Shown: positions 8,278 through 19,689, counted from the first letter of the stretch. The stretch: DNA of 56,751 nucleotides from Candidatus Saccharimonadota bacterium (GCA_017983775.1 JAGOAT010000001.1:1-56751), one strand, 5' to 3'. The notes: generated from the sequence alone by a model not told the origin. Numbers and translations are program-made.

Positions 8278-10893
8278 TTAGATAGACTGAAACTTAAATT
8301 GTCCCGACTGATACTCGATGCCAATCCTGTCCCCTTCTTTAATCTGACCATCAATAATCTCGAGAGCTAAGAGATCTAGAATTTCGGACTGAATTAGCCG
8401 CTTGAGTGGTCTAGCCCCAAAGGCTGGATCATATCCAGCAATAGCTAGTTGTTGCTGAACGCTACCATCAAACTCCAGATGAATATCTCTAGCTTCAGCG
8501 ATTTGCTTAGCAACTTTGTCTAGCTGAACTTTGACAATCTCAGTCATATGCTTCTTGTCTATCCGCTCAAAGATCACGATATCATCAAGTCGATTAAGGA
8601 ACTCTGGCCTAAATTGTCGTTTGGCAATATCAATCACCGCTTCACGCATTTTTTCAAAATCCTTGCCATCCCAATCCTGGATATAACTTGAACCAAGGTT
8701 GCTGGTCATGATGATAATCGTATTGGTAAAATTGACCACCCTACCCTGTCCATCGGTTAACCTTCCGTCATCTAATACTTGCAATAAGATATTGAAAATA
8801 TCTGGACTAGCTTTCTCGATCTCATCAAAAAGAATAATCTGATATGGTCTCCTGCGAACTGCCTCTGTCAACTGCCCACCTTGCTCATAGCCAACATATC
8901 CAGGAGGTGAACCAATCAGTCTAGCTACCGAGTGAGACTCCATGTATTCACTCATATCGATCCGAATCATCGCTCGATCATCATCAAAAAGTTCACTAGC
9001 TAGAGCCTTGGCTAGCTCTGTCTTACCCACACCAGTCGGTCCCATGAAGAGAAATGAACCTATTGGGCGATTCTGATCACCAATACCTGCTCTAGACCTT
9101 CTAACGGCACTAGAAACAGCCTTGACTGCCAACTCTTGACCTATCACACGCTTGGCAATCACCGATTCTAGATTGACCAGCTTATCAGATTCACTCTGAA
9201 GTAGCTTATTGACTGGTATACCTGTCCAACGCGCCACAACTTTGGCAATATCTTCACCTGTAACCTCATCCCTCAATAAGCGTTGGCTATCAGGTATCTG
9301 GGCTAGCTGAGACTGAAGCTGCTTGATCTTGTCTTCAGATTTTGGGATCTTATCAAATCGGATCTCACTCGCTCCGGCCAGATCTCCTCCCCTTTCGGCT
9401 CGTTCTTCATCGACCCTTAACCCCTCAATCTCTTCGGATATCTGATTGATCTGATCGATCAAGTCCTTTTCCTTCCTCCAGTGCCCTTCAAGTACTTTAC
9501 TCTTCTCTCCTAGATCAGCTATCTCTTGATTAATCTCAGATAAGCGAGCCTTGGCACTGGCTGATTTGTCCTTTTTGACTGAAGCTTTCTCAATGCTGAG
9601 CTGAGTAATCTTGCGCTTTTGTCGATCGAGTTCGGTAGGCATCGAATCAATCTCAATCTTGATACTACTCGTAGCTTCATCTATGAGATCAATGGCCTTG
9701 TCGGGCAAGAATCTATCCGGTATATACCTTGCAGATAATGTAGCAGCAGAAACAATTGCATCATCAGTGATTCTGACACCATGATGTACTTCGTACTTAT
9801 CCTGTATACCTCGCAAAATCGCGATAGTATCTTCCTGGCTTGGCTCCCCAACATATACTGGCTGAAATCGTCTCTCAAGTGCACTGTCTTTCTCTACATA
9901 CTGACGATACTCGTTGAGGGTTGTGGCACCAATCATATGAAGCTTTCCCCTGGCAAGTAATGGCTTGAGCATATTACCTGCATCTACTGCACCATCAGCC
10001 TTACCAGCTCCGACAATAGTATGTAATTCATCGACAAAAAGAATGATCTGACCATCACTCTTCTCGACCTCTTTAAGGACAGCCTTAAGCCTTTCCTCAA
10101 ATTCTCCACGATATTTTGCTCCGGCAAGTAAGCTAGATATTTCCAGCGAAATTATTCGTTTATCCCTGAGCGAACTTGGCACATCCCCAGAAATAATCCT
10201 CTGAGCTAATCCTTCGACAATAGCTGTCTTGCCAACGCCTGGCTCACCCAATAACACTGGATTATTCTTAGACCTACGAGACAGCACTTGCATACATCTT
10301 CTGATTTCCTCATCTCGGCCGATTACTGGGTCTAATTGACCAGATCGAGCAAGTTCGGTGATATCTTGACCAAATTTCTCTAGAGTATTAATAGTGCTTT
10401 CTGGTGAATCATTTTCCACTTTCTCTCCTCCTCTCAATTTATCTATTAGATCAATTAATTGATCCGGATCTAGCTCTTTCAGTAAATCAATTCTAGCTTG
10501 CTTGACTACTCCAACCAAAAGATGCTCTGTCGATAGGTGACTATCTCCCAGCCTATTTCGTATTTGATCTGCTTTGCCCAACAAATCAACCATACTCTGA
10601 TCTGCTTTCAAATTCATCAGATCGATTGCCTGAGTCAAACTGGGCAATTGTTCAAGCTGGAAAAGCAGGCTGGTACTTAATCCGATTTGATCTACCTCTA
10701 GCTGTTCAAGAATCAAGCAAAAAATCGTATCGGTTTGTAGACTCAGAGCCCAGATCAAATGATCAGCACTCAGGCTAGGATTCTTGAGCTCCAAAGCCTT
10801 GGAACTCGCTACCTCGAACCCCTCTCGGACTTTCTGTGTCATCATCTCAGGCTTCATATTACTTAGTATTATCCCACCAACCCCTTTTTGCAA
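8278..10893 (-). CDS. clpB: ATP-dependent chaperone ClpB
   Basis: Two AAA+ modules (GEPGVGKT and GPTGVGKT Walker A motifs), a long coiled-coil middle domain and a Clp N domain. The true start is probably ATG at 10845 or 10842 (MMTQKV). Confidence 0.95.
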   Translation of the reverse strand: MQKGVGGIILSNMKPEMMTQKVREGFEVASSKALELKNPSLSADHLIWALSLQTDTIFCLILEQLEVDQIGLSTSLLFQLEQLPSLTQAIDLMNLKADQSMVDLLGKADQIRNRLGDSHLSTEHLLVGVVKQARIDLLKELDPDQLIDLIDKLRGGEKVENDSPESTINTLEKFGQDITELARSGQLDPVIGRDEEIRRCMQVLSRRSKNNPVLLGEPGVGKTAIVEGLAQRIISGDVPSSLRDKRIISLEISSLLAGAKYRGEFEERLKAVLKEVEKSDGQIILFVDELHTIVGAGKADGAVDAGNMLKPLLARGKLHMIGATTLNEYRQYVEKDSALERRFQPVYVGEPSQEDTIAILRGIQDKYEVHHGVRITDDAIVSAATLSARYIPDRFLPDKAIDLIDEATSSIKIEIDSMPTELDRQKRKITQLSIEKASVKKDKSASAKARLSEINQEIADLGEKSKVLEGHWRKEKDLIDQINQISEEIEGLRVDEERAERGGDLAGASEIRFDKIPKSEDKIKQLQSQLAQIPDSQRLLRDEVTGEDIAKVVARWTGIPVNKLLQSESDKLVNLESVIAKRVIGQELAVKAVSSAVRRSRAGIGDQNRPIGSFLFMGPTGVGKTELAKALASELFDDDRAMIRIDMSEYMESHSVARLIGSPPGYVGYEQGGQLTEAVRRRPYQIILFDEIEKASPDIFNILLQVLDDGRLTDGQGRVVNFTNTIIIMTSNLGSSYIQDWDGKDFEKMREAVIDIAKRQFRPEFLNRLDDIVIFERIDKKHMTEIVKVQLDKVAKQIAEARDIHLEFDGSVQQQLAIAGYDPAFGARPLKRLIQSEILDLLALEIIDGQIKEGDRIGIEYQSGQFKFQSI

Positions 10894-10904
10894 GTCTTAC
10901 CCAC

Positions 10905-10963
10905 TCTCCAGGTGCAAGGTCTGACCTCGTTATCATGTCTTCCAACAGATATGAAAAGTCGAG
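10905..10963 (+). promoter_or_regulatory. paired-palindrome promoter cassette, copy 1 (type A)
   Basis: caaggtctgacctcg - N - CAACAGATATGAA - N - cgaggtctgaccttg, about 70 nt upstream of the ORF at 11032. Confidence 0.45.
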
Positions 10964-11031
10964 GTCTGACCTTGTAACAGCAGGATACCTGGCTCTTGAC
11001 AGGGGTAAAACAAACACCCTAGACTAATAGT

Positions 11032-11649
11032 ATGCCAACTCGAAAACCCAATTCAATTCTACCAAAATTCCTACTGATTTTGAGTGTTGTTCTGATATTG
11101 TCGGGCATTGCCTTGACCAAACAAGCTAATCAGATTATTTCTTCACCAGTGGCTCAACAAACCAACACAGCTAATCAACTGACCTCTACTGAATTATTTC
11201 AGATCGAATCAGACCTTACTCCCAACCCGCAACAAGCCTTAACTAAACTTAATCAATTCTCAGCAATAATCTATCTACCTAGTGGTACTCAAGAAACTGG
11301 ATATCAAGAAAATGCCCTGACTCGCAACATTGGCTCAATCAACAACTTCGGCCAGCTCTTCTCCAATCTTCTAAAAGGTCCAAACTATCTTGAGGCCAAT
11401 CAAGGTATTCTACCGGTATTTGAACTTTCAGGAAAGAGTCCAAATATCGACAACTGCCTGAAACACTATGATTACTACCAAAAAGAAACTGATCAAGAAA
11501 TCGTTATCAGGTTCTGTCGAGATATTAAAATCATCGACCAAGATCCAGAATATCAAGCTTTAGCCAAAGACCTGATTAAAAAAACTCTTGATCAAAATTA
11601 TAATAAAGCTTGGCAACTACTCGACAAAAATGGACAACCCCTGCTCTAG
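11032..11649 (+). CDS. hypothetical secreted/membrane-anchored protein
   Basis: 205-aa ORF with an N-terminal signal-anchor helix. No recognisable domain. Confidence 0.45.
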   Translation: MPTRKPNSILPKFLLILSVVLILSGIALTKQANQIISSPVAQQTNTANQLTSTELFQIESDLTPNPQQALTKLNQFSAIIYLPSGTQETGYQENALTRNIGSINNFGQLFSNLLKGPNYLEANQGILPVFELSGKSPNIDNCLKHYDYYQKETDQEIVIRFCRDIKIIDQDPEYQALAKDLIKKTLDQNYNKAWQLLDKNGQPLL

Positions 11650-11688
11650 TAAGCAGACAAATATCTACCAATCAAAAACCCCTTAGTG

Positions 11689-14607
11689 TCAAGCAAAAAA
11701 CTGATCAAACTTGACAGAGCTTCTACCAGAAGCTCGAAAATCCCTCTTGGCTATACCGTCAGCAACCTGACTAATTAACTCCAGGGTCTTATCATGATCG
11801 ATATTATTAGTAGATGTCAGAATATTATGCTCAACAAATTCTAGGCTCAACCTATCTACCTGTTCTTGCATCTCCATCATCCAAGCCAAAGCATAAATTG
11901 GCAATTGGATATTCTCCTTAAGCCGCTTATCCGCCTTCTTCTGATCATCCAGATTGCTAGTCTTATAATCCCGAATCTCTACTAGCCCTTGCTGATGGTA
12001 GATAGCATCAATTCTTAGATTGATTATTACCTTCTGATCTGTCAAAACAATCCTCAATGGCTTTTCAACAATATCTGGAAATATCCCCTTAGCCTCAGAT
12101 AAATCATAATAACGAATAATAGTCTTCTCTGCCTGCTTGAGCCTACCCTTGATATGTGAATAATTAAAGAATCCATCCAGCTTCCAGTTGTCTCTTACCA
12201 CCTGAATTAGCTGGTCTCTGCTGATAACTTGACCCGAGATCTTAGCCCTATTATAGACTTCAATCGCTGCATGAATAGCCGTACCATAAACCAAAGAATG
12301 ATGAGGATTTCTTGGTAATCCAATAACATTCCAATACCAAAATTCCTGAGGACACCTCAAATATTCCTCAATCATATGCGGGGTTAATACTAAATAACCA
12401 TCCGGGTTATAAAGCCTACTGGCCAAATCTTGATCTGTCTTTGGGCTAGTTTGACTAGGATTAATAATCTTCGCCAGATGACTCTGCCATCCAGCTTCCG
12501 ACTTAGATTCAATCATTTGATCGAAAAACTCACTCAAAAATTGAGATGGTTTGCGCGCTCGTTTACCACCATGATCCTTGGAGAAGCTTAGCCAAATGCG
12601 CTGTCTTGCGCGAGTTGTAGCTACATAAGCCAACCTTCGCTCTTCAGCAATATGCCTCTCGCGTGACTTCAGATGGTAACCCTTGATCAACCCAGAGGGC
12701 AGTTCTATCTGATTTTGACGATTTGTACTAGGAAAAGTATTTTGAGATAAATCATAGACAAAAACATAGTCAAACTCTGTACCCTTAGCATTATGAATGG
12801 TCATGATCTGAATCTTTGATGAATCAACTAGCTCTTCAGCCTGATAACTTCCCCCGCTCAAACTAGCCTGCTCCAAAAAATACCAGAAATCATAGACTCT
12901 AGCAGTGTCTTCTATCTCAGAAAATTCTCTAATCAAATCAAAAATTTTACTGATATTTTGGATTTTTCTGGCTGAATCCTGATCGATATCGGCTAGATTG
13001 ATCAGACCTTGAAGATAGCCTGACTGATCTAGAAAACTATACAAAACTTTCCCCACTCCTTGACTTCGAGCCATTAATCGATGTTGATTAACTAAATCTA
13101 GGATATTATTTAAAATATCAGCAACCTCTTGATCTCGATCTTCCAAGACAAGATAATCCTTGAGTATTTGCTCAATCCCTTGATGTTGACGAACGGACTG
13201 TCCAAGTAATTTTACTAAGCTTAGCCAAATATTCCCCCAGATATCTGCAGATAAAAAATTTGCCCAAGCTTGATTGTTATCAGGTTGATTCAGGATAGTC
13301 AAAAAATCCAAGAGAAATTTGACCTCTGGTTTAGTTAATAGTTCCTCGGGATGATGAGTATAGTACTCTAGACCTTGCTTATCTAGAGCCACCTCCAAAC
13401 TCCTAGCCTGACTATGATTGCGAATTAAGATAGCAATCTGTCCAGCTTCAACCTCTGAGCCTTCAAGAACTTGCTTGATCTTGCTAGCCACCAAATCAAC
13501 CTCTTCGACGGTATTACTTGCTAGTAACAATTCTGGCTCAGCACCAATCTGATGGTTGGCAATCAGTCGCTTATCCAGCCCTAGAATCGACTCTAGTCGA
13601 TCTGGATTATTATAACTAATCAATCGATGTGAGTAATTTAAAATACTCTGGTTACTTCGATAGTTATCAGTTAATACAATCAATTTATCTTGATCGATTG
13701 ACTTAGCATAATTCAAGATATTACTCAAATCTGCCCCTCTAAACTGATAGATTGCCTGATCATCATCTCCGACTACCATCAGATTGCCCCGTTCACCAGT
13801 AATCAACTCTACCAACCGATCTTGAGCATAATTGGTATCCTGATACTCATCGACCATCATATACTCAAATCGCTTCTGCCATTTATCTCTAATTTCTACA
13901 TCCTGTTCAATAATCTGAATTGGTAAACTAATCAAATCTGAAAAATCTACTAGCCCCTGCTCTGTCTTATTTTGCTGATAAACTTGATATGCCTCGGCCA
14001 ATTCTTGCTGCCTACCAGCAAACTCTTGCTCCAACTCAGTATCGACAGGAAGTTGCTTAGCCCAATCTTGATATTGCTCTGGTGATACTAAATAATCTGC
14101 CAGTCTTGAAAAATACTGGACTAGTGACTCCAGATATTGCTCTGGCCTATTGAGCGGTGCATAGTATTTAAGACTGAGCTTATCCCAAATAGCACGCAAA
14201 AAAATCTTTTGCTGAAAACCGCTAATCAATCTAGGCTCGCGCGCATAACCCATCCTTAGATATTCTTCAGACAGAATCATCTGACCCAAACTATGAAAGG
14301 TCATAATATTAGTCCCGACTAATCCCAAGGGTACCAATTTATCTACCCTAATCTCCATCTCCTCGGCTGCTTGATCCGTGAAAGTCAAAGCCAAAATCTT
14401 GTCGGGTGCTACTCCTCTATTGGTAATCAAATAGGCTATCCTCCTGGTCACAACCGTAGTTTTGCCAGTACCAGCCCCAGCTACTACCAAGTAGCGACCT
14501 TGATCTGCCAAAATTGCCTGTTCCTGAGCTGCATTCAAGCCCTCAAGAAGTGTCTCGATTCTTCTTGCCATTGATTTATAGTATACTATAACCATATATG
14601 GCATCAC
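11689..14607 (-). CDS. UvrD/PcrA-like superfamily 1 helicase fused to a C-terminal PD-(D/E)XK nuclease domain
   Basis: Walker A GAGTGKTT, DEYQDT, the helicase motif VGDDDQAIYQFRGA, and YVATTRAR. The C-terminus has RIDAIY...EIRDYKT, a nuclease-like motif. The likely start is MARRIE at 14571. Confidence 0.85.
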   Translation of the reverse strand: MMPYMVIVYYKSMARRIETLLEGLNAAQEQAILADQGRYLVVAGAGTGKTTVVTRRIAYLITNRGVAPDKILALTFTDQAAEEMEIRVDKLVPLGLVGTNIMTFHSLGQMILSEEYLRMGYAREPRLISGFQQKIFLRAIWDKLSLKYYAPLNRPEQYLESLVQYFSRLADYLVSPEQYQDWAKQLPVDTELEQEFAGRQQELAEAYQVYQQNKTEQGLVDFSDLISLPIQIIEQDVEIRDKWQKRFEYMMVDEYQDTNYAQDRLVELITGERGNLMVVGDDDQAIYQFRGADLSNILNYAKSIDQDKLIVLTDNYRSNQSILNYSHRLISYNNPDRLESILGLDKRLIANHQIGAEPELLLASNTVEEVDLVASKIKQVLEGSEVEAGQIAILIRNHSQARSLEVALDKQGLEYYTHHPEELLTKPEVKFLLDFLTILNQPDNNQAWANFLSADIWGNIWLSLVKLLGQSVRQHQGIEQILKDYLVLEDRDQEVADILNNILDLVNQHRLMARSQGVGKVLYSFLDQSGYLQGLINLADIDQDSARKIQNISKIFDLIREFSEIEDTARVYDFWYFLEQASLSGGSYQAEELVDSSKIQIMTIHNAKGTEFDYVFVYDLSQNTFPSTNRQNQIELPSGLIKGYHLKSRERHIAEERRLAYVATTRARQRIWLSFSKDHGGKRARKPSQFLSEFFDQMIESKSEAGWQSHLAKIINPSQTSPKTDQDLASRLYNPDGYLVLTPHMIEEYLRCPQEFWYWNVIGLPRNPHHSLVYGTAIHAAIEVYNRAKISGQVISRDQLIQVVRDNWKLDGFFNYSHIKGRLKQAEKTIIRYYDLSEAKGIFPDIVEKPLRIVLTDQKVIINLRIDAIYHQQGLVEIRDYKTSNLDDQKKADKRLKENIQLPIYALAWMMEMQEQVDRLSLEFVEHNILTSTNNIDHDKTLELISQVADGIAKRDFRASGRSSVKFDQFFA

Positions 14608-15563
14608 TTGGTATCAATTTAGTCCAGCTTCGTACCCGGCCTCAACAAAGCAAAGGTGTCAATGATTTTATTGTGATCAGCAATACTGATCACTGGTTGA
14701 TCAACCAGGGTACCGATAATCTAGTAGAAGCCCTGATAGTAGCCGAACTATCTGGCTACAAAGTCACCAAGCCAAACCAAGCTTTCAAAGATACCTTAGA
14801 AAAGATTAAACTCAATCTTGATAGACATCTCAGGGGTTTTAACTTCCAAAAAGCCTCCCTCAAGAAACGTTTTTTAGCAGCATTAGAACAAATCAACCAG
14901 CAAGTCCCTATTTCAAATGAATATGAATTCAATATCTGCCTTTGCCTAGTCCGTGATCAGCAAGTCTTGATTGCTGAAGCTGGCAATAATCGAATCTTTC
15001 ATACTAGGGGAGACGAAGTTGCTGAGCTAAGTGAACCTTCTGACCCTGAAGCGATCAAGAAGCTTTTTTATAATCTGACTGAAGGATCTCTAATACTGGG
15101 TGACAAGCTAGTTATTACTACCAACAAGCTAATATCCCAGTTTAGTCAAACTAAGCTACTAGAATTATTTGACTCTAGTTCTAGTAGTGAATTAGTCGGG
15201 AAGATGGCAGACTATATTAGTACGAAATCCAGTAGTGGAGGAAGCTATGCTGGATTTTGCTTTGATAGTATTGTCCATGCCGACATCACTCCGACCGAAG
15301 AAATAGTCCTGGAATACAAGTCAAACCCATTAAGCTCTATCTTTGGAAATTCCAAATCAATTCCTAGCTCGATCAAATCTCTTTCAGTTAGTAGCCTTGA
15401 GTTGGCCAAAAGAACTACCACCCATCTAGACCTTAGCAAGTTTCGTGAATTCGCCAATGCTAGCTGGCAAACACTTTGGCAAAAAGTATTCAACCGCTAC
15501 CCGAGATTAACTATCATTGGCTTAATCATCTTGGTAGTCCTAATAGCTACAAGATTCATCTGA
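14598..15563 (+). CDS. hypothetical protein with C-terminal TM anchor
   Basis: 321-aa ORF with no confident domain. The C-terminus is the hydrophobic LTIIGLIILVVLIA. Confidence 0.4.
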   Translation: MASLGINLVQLRTRPQQSKGVNDFIVISNTDHWLINQGTDNLVEALIVAELSGYKVTKPNQAFKDTLEKIKLNLDRHLRGFNFQKASLKKRFLAALEQINQQVPISNEYEFNICLCLVRDQQVLIAEAGNNRIFHTRGDEVAELSEPSDPEAIKKLFYNLTEGSLILGDKLVITTNKLISQFSQTKLLELFDSSSSSELVGKMADYISTKSSSGGSYAGFCFDSIVHADITPTEEIVLEYKSNPLSSIFGNSKSIPSSIKSLSVSSLELAKRTTTHLDLSKFREFANASWQTLWQKVFNRYPRLTIIGLIILVVLIATRFI

Positions 15564-15573
15564 TTCACTCTGT

Positions 15574-15999
15574 ATGAAAATCATTGCCAAAAACAAGAGA
15601 GGGGTCTATGACTACCAAATTTTGGATAAATGGCAGGCTGGAATTGTCTTAAGAGGGTTTGAGATCAAGGCAATTCGAGCTGGTAAGGTAAATATCTCTA
15701 CTAGCTACTGCAGTCTAAAAAATCATGAAATCTGGCTGGTTAATGCTACCATAGGACACAACTCTGATTCTGATCAATCAATCATTGCTCGCCACAAGCT
15801 ACTCCTCAAGCATACTGAAATTGATAAGATTGCAAAATTACTTGAGCAACAAGGTACTAGCCTAATTCCTTTGGCTATAGGGCTAAACCGACATCTTGCA
15901 AAGCTTGAAATTGCAATCGGTAAAGGCCTAAAGAAGCACGACAAAAGACAAGTAATCAAAGCCCGCGAGGCTCAGCGAGAGATTTCTCACAAAATCTAG
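15574..15999 (+). CDS. smpB: SsrA-binding protein SmpB
   Basis: IAKNKR..YDY.I....AGIVL.G.EIK..R.GKVN......C......E.WL and a basic C-terminal tail. Confidence 0.9.
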   Translation: MKIIAKNKRGVYDYQILDKWQAGIVLRGFEIKAIRAGKVNISTSYCSLKNHEIWLVNATIGHNSDSDQSIIARHKLLLKHTEIDKIAKLLEQQGTSLIPLAIGLNRHLAKLEIAIGKGLKKHDKRQVIKAREAQREISHKI

Positions 16000-16114
16000 T
16001 ACTACACAATTTTTGCACAATATCTGTCTAAGAATTTTGAGGTGCTATATCTGTTAATGAACTACTAATGTGTTCTTTATATAAAGTTATCCACAGATTT
16101 GTCACTTCGAAGTG

Positions 16115-16300
16115 TTGACAGCAAAAGCCTTATTAGCATAAGATAGATGCAGTGCTGAGCACGTTAGTTGATCCAAAACACAAACAAACAGCCAGAGGTT
16201 GGCTCCAGTAAGCGACCTTTGGCAAACCAGACAAAAGTGAGGGTAAACAAAAAAGCAAAAATAAATGCCCCTAAGACCGCCAGTAGGCGGTCTTTTTTTT
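16115..16300 (+). ncRNA. candidate small RNA unit (promoter-like TTGACA-16-CATAAG through to a strong terminator), function unknown
   Basis: TTGACA at 16115-16120 and a -10-like CATAAG at 16137-16142. There is no ORF of useful length. A terminator lies at 16274-16300. Confidence 0.3.
16274..16300 (+). terminator. intrinsic terminator
   Basis: agaccgcc-agta-ggcggtct followed by T8. Confidence 0.75.
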
Positions 16301-16556
16301 GCTCGGACTATCTTTGCTTCTTATGACAATATTATCCTTGGCAAAGGGGGTATTTTTGAGTCCTGTTCCCTAAGTAATTCTTTGACTCAAGGGTGCTTAA
16401 TTTGATATTGGAATAACCTTTTTATCAAGAACCCCCACTGTGGAATTAAGGTTATGAAATGAAGGGACTATTCTAGCTCAGATTAACTATTATCACCCTT
16501 AAATACTGTGGTTGCTGGCTTGTTGGCTAACCACACCACCACCATCATCAATCTGA

Positions 16557-18362
16557 CTACCCAATCCCAAACTCCTCAAGCTGCTGATGAGCCTGATACG
16601 AACTATCACTCTGGAGCTTGAGCAGTCTGGCATAAATCCCATCTGGATGTTTTGCCAGCTGCTGGGGTGAACCAGATTCCACCACTCTACCCTGTTCAAT
16701 CCCATAAATCTTATCGACCCTAGCTATGGTGCTCAGTCTATGGGCAATGATGACTGTAGTCCGATTCTTCATCAGATTGTTCAGAGCTGTTTGCACCTCC
16801 CCTTCAGCAATACTATCAAGGGATGAGGTTGCTTCATCGAGAATCAAGATCGGAGCATCCTTGAGAATTGCTCTAGCAATCGCAATCCTCTGCTTCTGTC
16901 CTCCGCTCAACTTAACTCCTCTCTCCCCGACTTGGGTATCATATCCATCGCTAAGTTTTTCTATGAATTGATCGGCATTAGCAAGCTTGGCTGCCCGCTT
17001 AACCTGCTTGAGGCTAGCCTTGGTTCCGTAGCTAATATTCTGATAAATGCTTGTAGAGAACATCCAAGGATCCTGGAAAACAATAGCTATCTGAGATCTC
17101 AAGTATTGCAAATCATATTCCCTAATATCTTGGCCATTGATCTTAATTTCACCCTGATAATCTGAATACAGACCGAGTAAAAGATTGGTAATAGTCGTCT
17201 TTCCTTCCCCACTCCTCCCAACCAAAGCAACCTTTTGCCCTGGCTCTACTGCCAAATTGATATCGCTGAGAACTTGATTACCCTGCTTGTAATAAAAACT
17301 AATATGCTCAAAGCTAACTCGAGCTTGCTTCATCTTATCAATAGATTTTGGCTTATGAGTACTCGGCTTGGTATCCTTAGTGGCCAAAGTCTCGATCTCT
17401 TGATCAATCAAGTCAAAGTATTCATTTGTCCCAGTTCTAGCTCTCTGAACACTGTCGACAATAAAAGATATGGCAAACAGTGGAAACTTCGCCTGGGCAA
17501 TCAATTGTATTATCAAGGCGAACTCACCAATATTGATTTTTCCTTTGTAGGCCATCCAGACAACATAGAGATTGACCAGTCCGAGTAAGATATTGAGAAT
17601 AAATTTTCGATAAAAATCATATTGATGCCAACTATTTGATTGCTTGAGGTGGATACTCTCGACATCCTTACGATTCTGATCAAATATTTGCTTCTCAAAT
17701 ACTTCACTGGTATAAGACTTGACCAGTCTCATCTGGGAAGCCACCTGCCCTAATCTACCAAATGCAGTATCTTGTAATTGATTGATTTGCTTTTGAAACT
17801 TCATCCAGCGCTTTGATGATTGCCTAGTAAGGTAGATGTAAATTGGGAACAGTAGGACCAGGATTATCCCTACTGGACCCAGGTAGTAACTAGTAGCAAT
17901 AATCACAAAAATTGTTGTCAGGATAGTACTAATCAAATTGTTGGCCATATTCTGGAAAAAACTCGTCACCGAGGACATCCCCCTATGCAGATATGAGATT
18001 AGTTGACCACTCTCCTGGTCATCAAAAAACCTCTGAGGCAGGTACAGTAACCTATCCAAATATCTTGATGTCAGAATGGTATCTAATCTGACTGCCAATC
18101 TATCCCCCAATCTACCACCAACAAACTGTAAGAAGGTCTGAAATAGATCTGCAGTAAAGATGATTGCTACCAACATAGCTAGAAATATAAAATCATGACG
18201 ATCTGGATTGCCCACTACTTCTACCAGTTGATTAACGATTGAACGAATCGTAAATGGATAAACGAGATTCAGTGAGGCAACCAGCAGATTGATAATTGCC
18301 AGCTTGATATAGAAATCCTTTAAGACAGCCGTGTGTCTAATGAGTTTAATTATTTCTTTCAT
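16557..18362 (-). CDS. ABC exporter, fused permease/ATPase (MsbA-like type I exporter)
   Basis: Six N-terminal TM helices, Walker A GRSGEGKTT, signature LSGGQKQRIAIARA and Walker B ILILDEATS. Confidence 0.9.
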   Translation of the reverse strand: MKEIIKLIRHTAVLKDFYIKLAIINLLVASLNLVYPFTIRSIVNQLVEVVGNPDRHDFIFLAMLVAIIFTADLFQTFLQFVGGRLGDRLAVRLDTILTSRYLDRLLYLPQRFFDDQESGQLISYLHRGMSSVTSFFQNMANNLISTILTTIFVIIATSYYLGPVGIILVLLFPIYIYLTRQSSKRWMKFQKQINQLQDTAFGRLGQVASQMRLVKSYTSEVFEKQIFDQNRKDVESIHLKQSNSWHQYDFYRKFILNILLGLVNLYVVWMAYKGKINIGEFALIIQLIAQAKFPLFAISFIVDSVQRARTGTNEYFDLIDQEIETLATKDTKPSTHKPKSIDKMKQARVSFEHISFYYKQGNQVLSDINLAVEPGQKVALVGRSGEGKTTITNLLLGLYSDYQGEIKINGQDIREYDLQYLRSQIAIVFQDPWMFSTSIYQNISYGTKASLKQVKRAAKLANADQFIEKLSDGYDTQVGERGVKLSGGQKQRIAIARAILKDAPILILDEATSSLDSIAEGEVQTALNNLMKNRTTVIIAHRLSTIARVDKIYGIEQGRVVESGSPQQLAKHPDGIYARLLKLQSDSSYQAHQQLEEFGIG

Positions 18363-19495
18363 CTATATAGAATATCATCTAGTAGCTTGATAGCAAGTTC
18401 TGAATCTACTATTGGCACTGCCTGATTAATAGCCTGAGCCAGTAAAGCTCTCTTGGGCTGGTCTTGGATTAAATCAATAATCAATTGATACAGCTTATCG
18501 CTTGTCAGACCGTCCTCTTTCTGCCAAATAACGGCATTTTTTGACTCTAAGTACTGCGCATTAAACTCAGTTTGATGATCTTTTTTCGTAATAATGATAC
18601 TAGGTTTGGCAAAAGCAGCTATCTCTGTCAAAGTAGATAAGCCACCTCTACCTACTACGATATCTGCCATCTCTAAGACTGCCTGAAACTCATCTCTGGC
18701 AAGGTGTTTAAAAGAATGGTATGTTGGATACTTGTGACTAAAAGCTCTAGATTGGAGATAATTTTCCCTACCTGTTTGATGAAAAATATTTGCCCTAATG
18801 CTCAGCTTATCAATTAAACCAAATACTAGCTGATTGATCCGATCAGCACCCAATCCACCCCCTGTTACCAGGATAACCGGCAAATCTGGTCTGATACTAT
18901 CATGCCATTTTTCATCAATCGCTACAGCTTGATAATTGGAAATAAAATTGCCAATACTCTGAGCTTGATTACCTGCAATATTATCTAGCGGAAATACAGA
19001 CGTCACAAGATTCGCCGACCTAGCCATTATCTTATTGGATAGTCCTACTAAAATATCTTGTTGGTGTACCCAGGATTTGATTCCAAAAAATCTAGCGGCT
19101 AGATGGACTGGCACTGATACAAATCCTCCTGTAGTGACCACAATATTAGGTCGAATCTTGGCAAGTAATGATATCGTATAAAGCAAAACAAAAGGAGCCT
19201 TGATAATATCTCTTAGGTTTTCAAAACTAAAATATCTCCTAAGCTTGACTGTGGCTAGCCTATAGACATTGAGATCTAACCCATTATCCCGATAATACTT
19301 TCTGATAAACTCGTTTTCCGGGCCTTTCCTGGTAATAATCCAAGTAAACTCTATCTCTGGGCGTTGTTGTCTCACAATATCTTCGAGTGCCAGGAGTGGG
19401 ATTACCGAACCCAACGTTCCTCCGCCCGACAAAACTATCCTACGATCAGGTCTCTTATCTCGATTTGCTATATATCTATCTATCCGATCTTTCAC
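18359..19495 (-). CDS. murG: MurG-like GT28 glycosyltransferase
   Basis: N-terminal GGGTLGSVIPLLAL. The C-terminal half has VTGGGLGA...GRGGLSTLTEI, typical of MurG/GT28. It overlaps the ABC gene start by 4 nt. Confidence 0.6.
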   Translation of the reverse strand: MKDRIDRYIANRDKRPDRRIVLSGGGTLGSVIPLLALEDIVRQQRPEIEFTWIITRKGPENEFIRKYYRDNGLDLNVYRLATVKLRRYFSFENLRDIIKAPFVLLYTISLLAKIRPNIVVTTGGFVSVPVHLAARFFGIKSWVHQQDILVGLSNKIMARSANLVTSVFPLDNIAGNQAQSIGNFISNYQAVAIDEKWHDSIRPDLPVILVTGGGLGADRINQLVFGLIDKLSIRANIFHQTGRENYLQSRAFSHKYPTYHSFKHLARDEFQAVLEMADIVVGRGGLSTLTEIAAFAKPSIIITKKDHQTEFNAQYLESKNAVIWQKEDGLTSDKLYQLIIDLIQDQPKRALLAQAINQAVPIVDSELAIKLLDDILYR

Positions 19496-19554
19496 TGTCT
19501 TTTCTATTATAGCAAGGTTAAACCAAAATTAGAAATCCTTTTCTAGCCCTCTCC

Positions 19555-19629
19555 CAAGGAGTCCCCTTGAAATCGACCACCTCAACAGATATAAATCGAC
19601 AAGGGGTGCCCTTGAAAATGGGATTTTAT
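19555..19629 (+). promoter_or_regulatory. paired-palindrome promoter cassette, copy 5 (type B)
   Basis: caaggagtccccTTGAAA - 17 nt - TATAAA - tcga - caaggggtgcccttg - aaaatgggatttt. No plus-strand gene follows it. Confidence 0.4.
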
Positions 19630-19689
19630 AGCTTAAGATCTGCTAAGTTGTTTACTGCCCTAAAACCATTATCTTCGAACTGTTTTATA

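Noticed and set aside
16000-16556. Expected a tmRNA (ssrA) next to smpB.
   Set aside because: Neither strand shows a tRNA-like acceptor/T-arm (GGTTCGA.TCC ... CCA), a 5' GGGG start or a plausible tag reading frame. The region is kept only as an unassigned sRNA candidate.
16726-17707. Several 64-117-aa ORFs on both strands inside the ABC exporter gene. Similar nested ORFs occur inside other long genes (for example 750..1022, 2480..2662, 3284..3505, 9681..9884, 14371..14574, 26337..26564, 38018..38338, 40564..41196, 42512..42775, 44713..44970, 50017..50766, 52562..52828).
   Set aside because: These are shadow ORFs wholly inside longer, well-supported genes. Their composition is low-complexity or hydrophobic, as expected for off-frame reading of AT-rich coding DNA.
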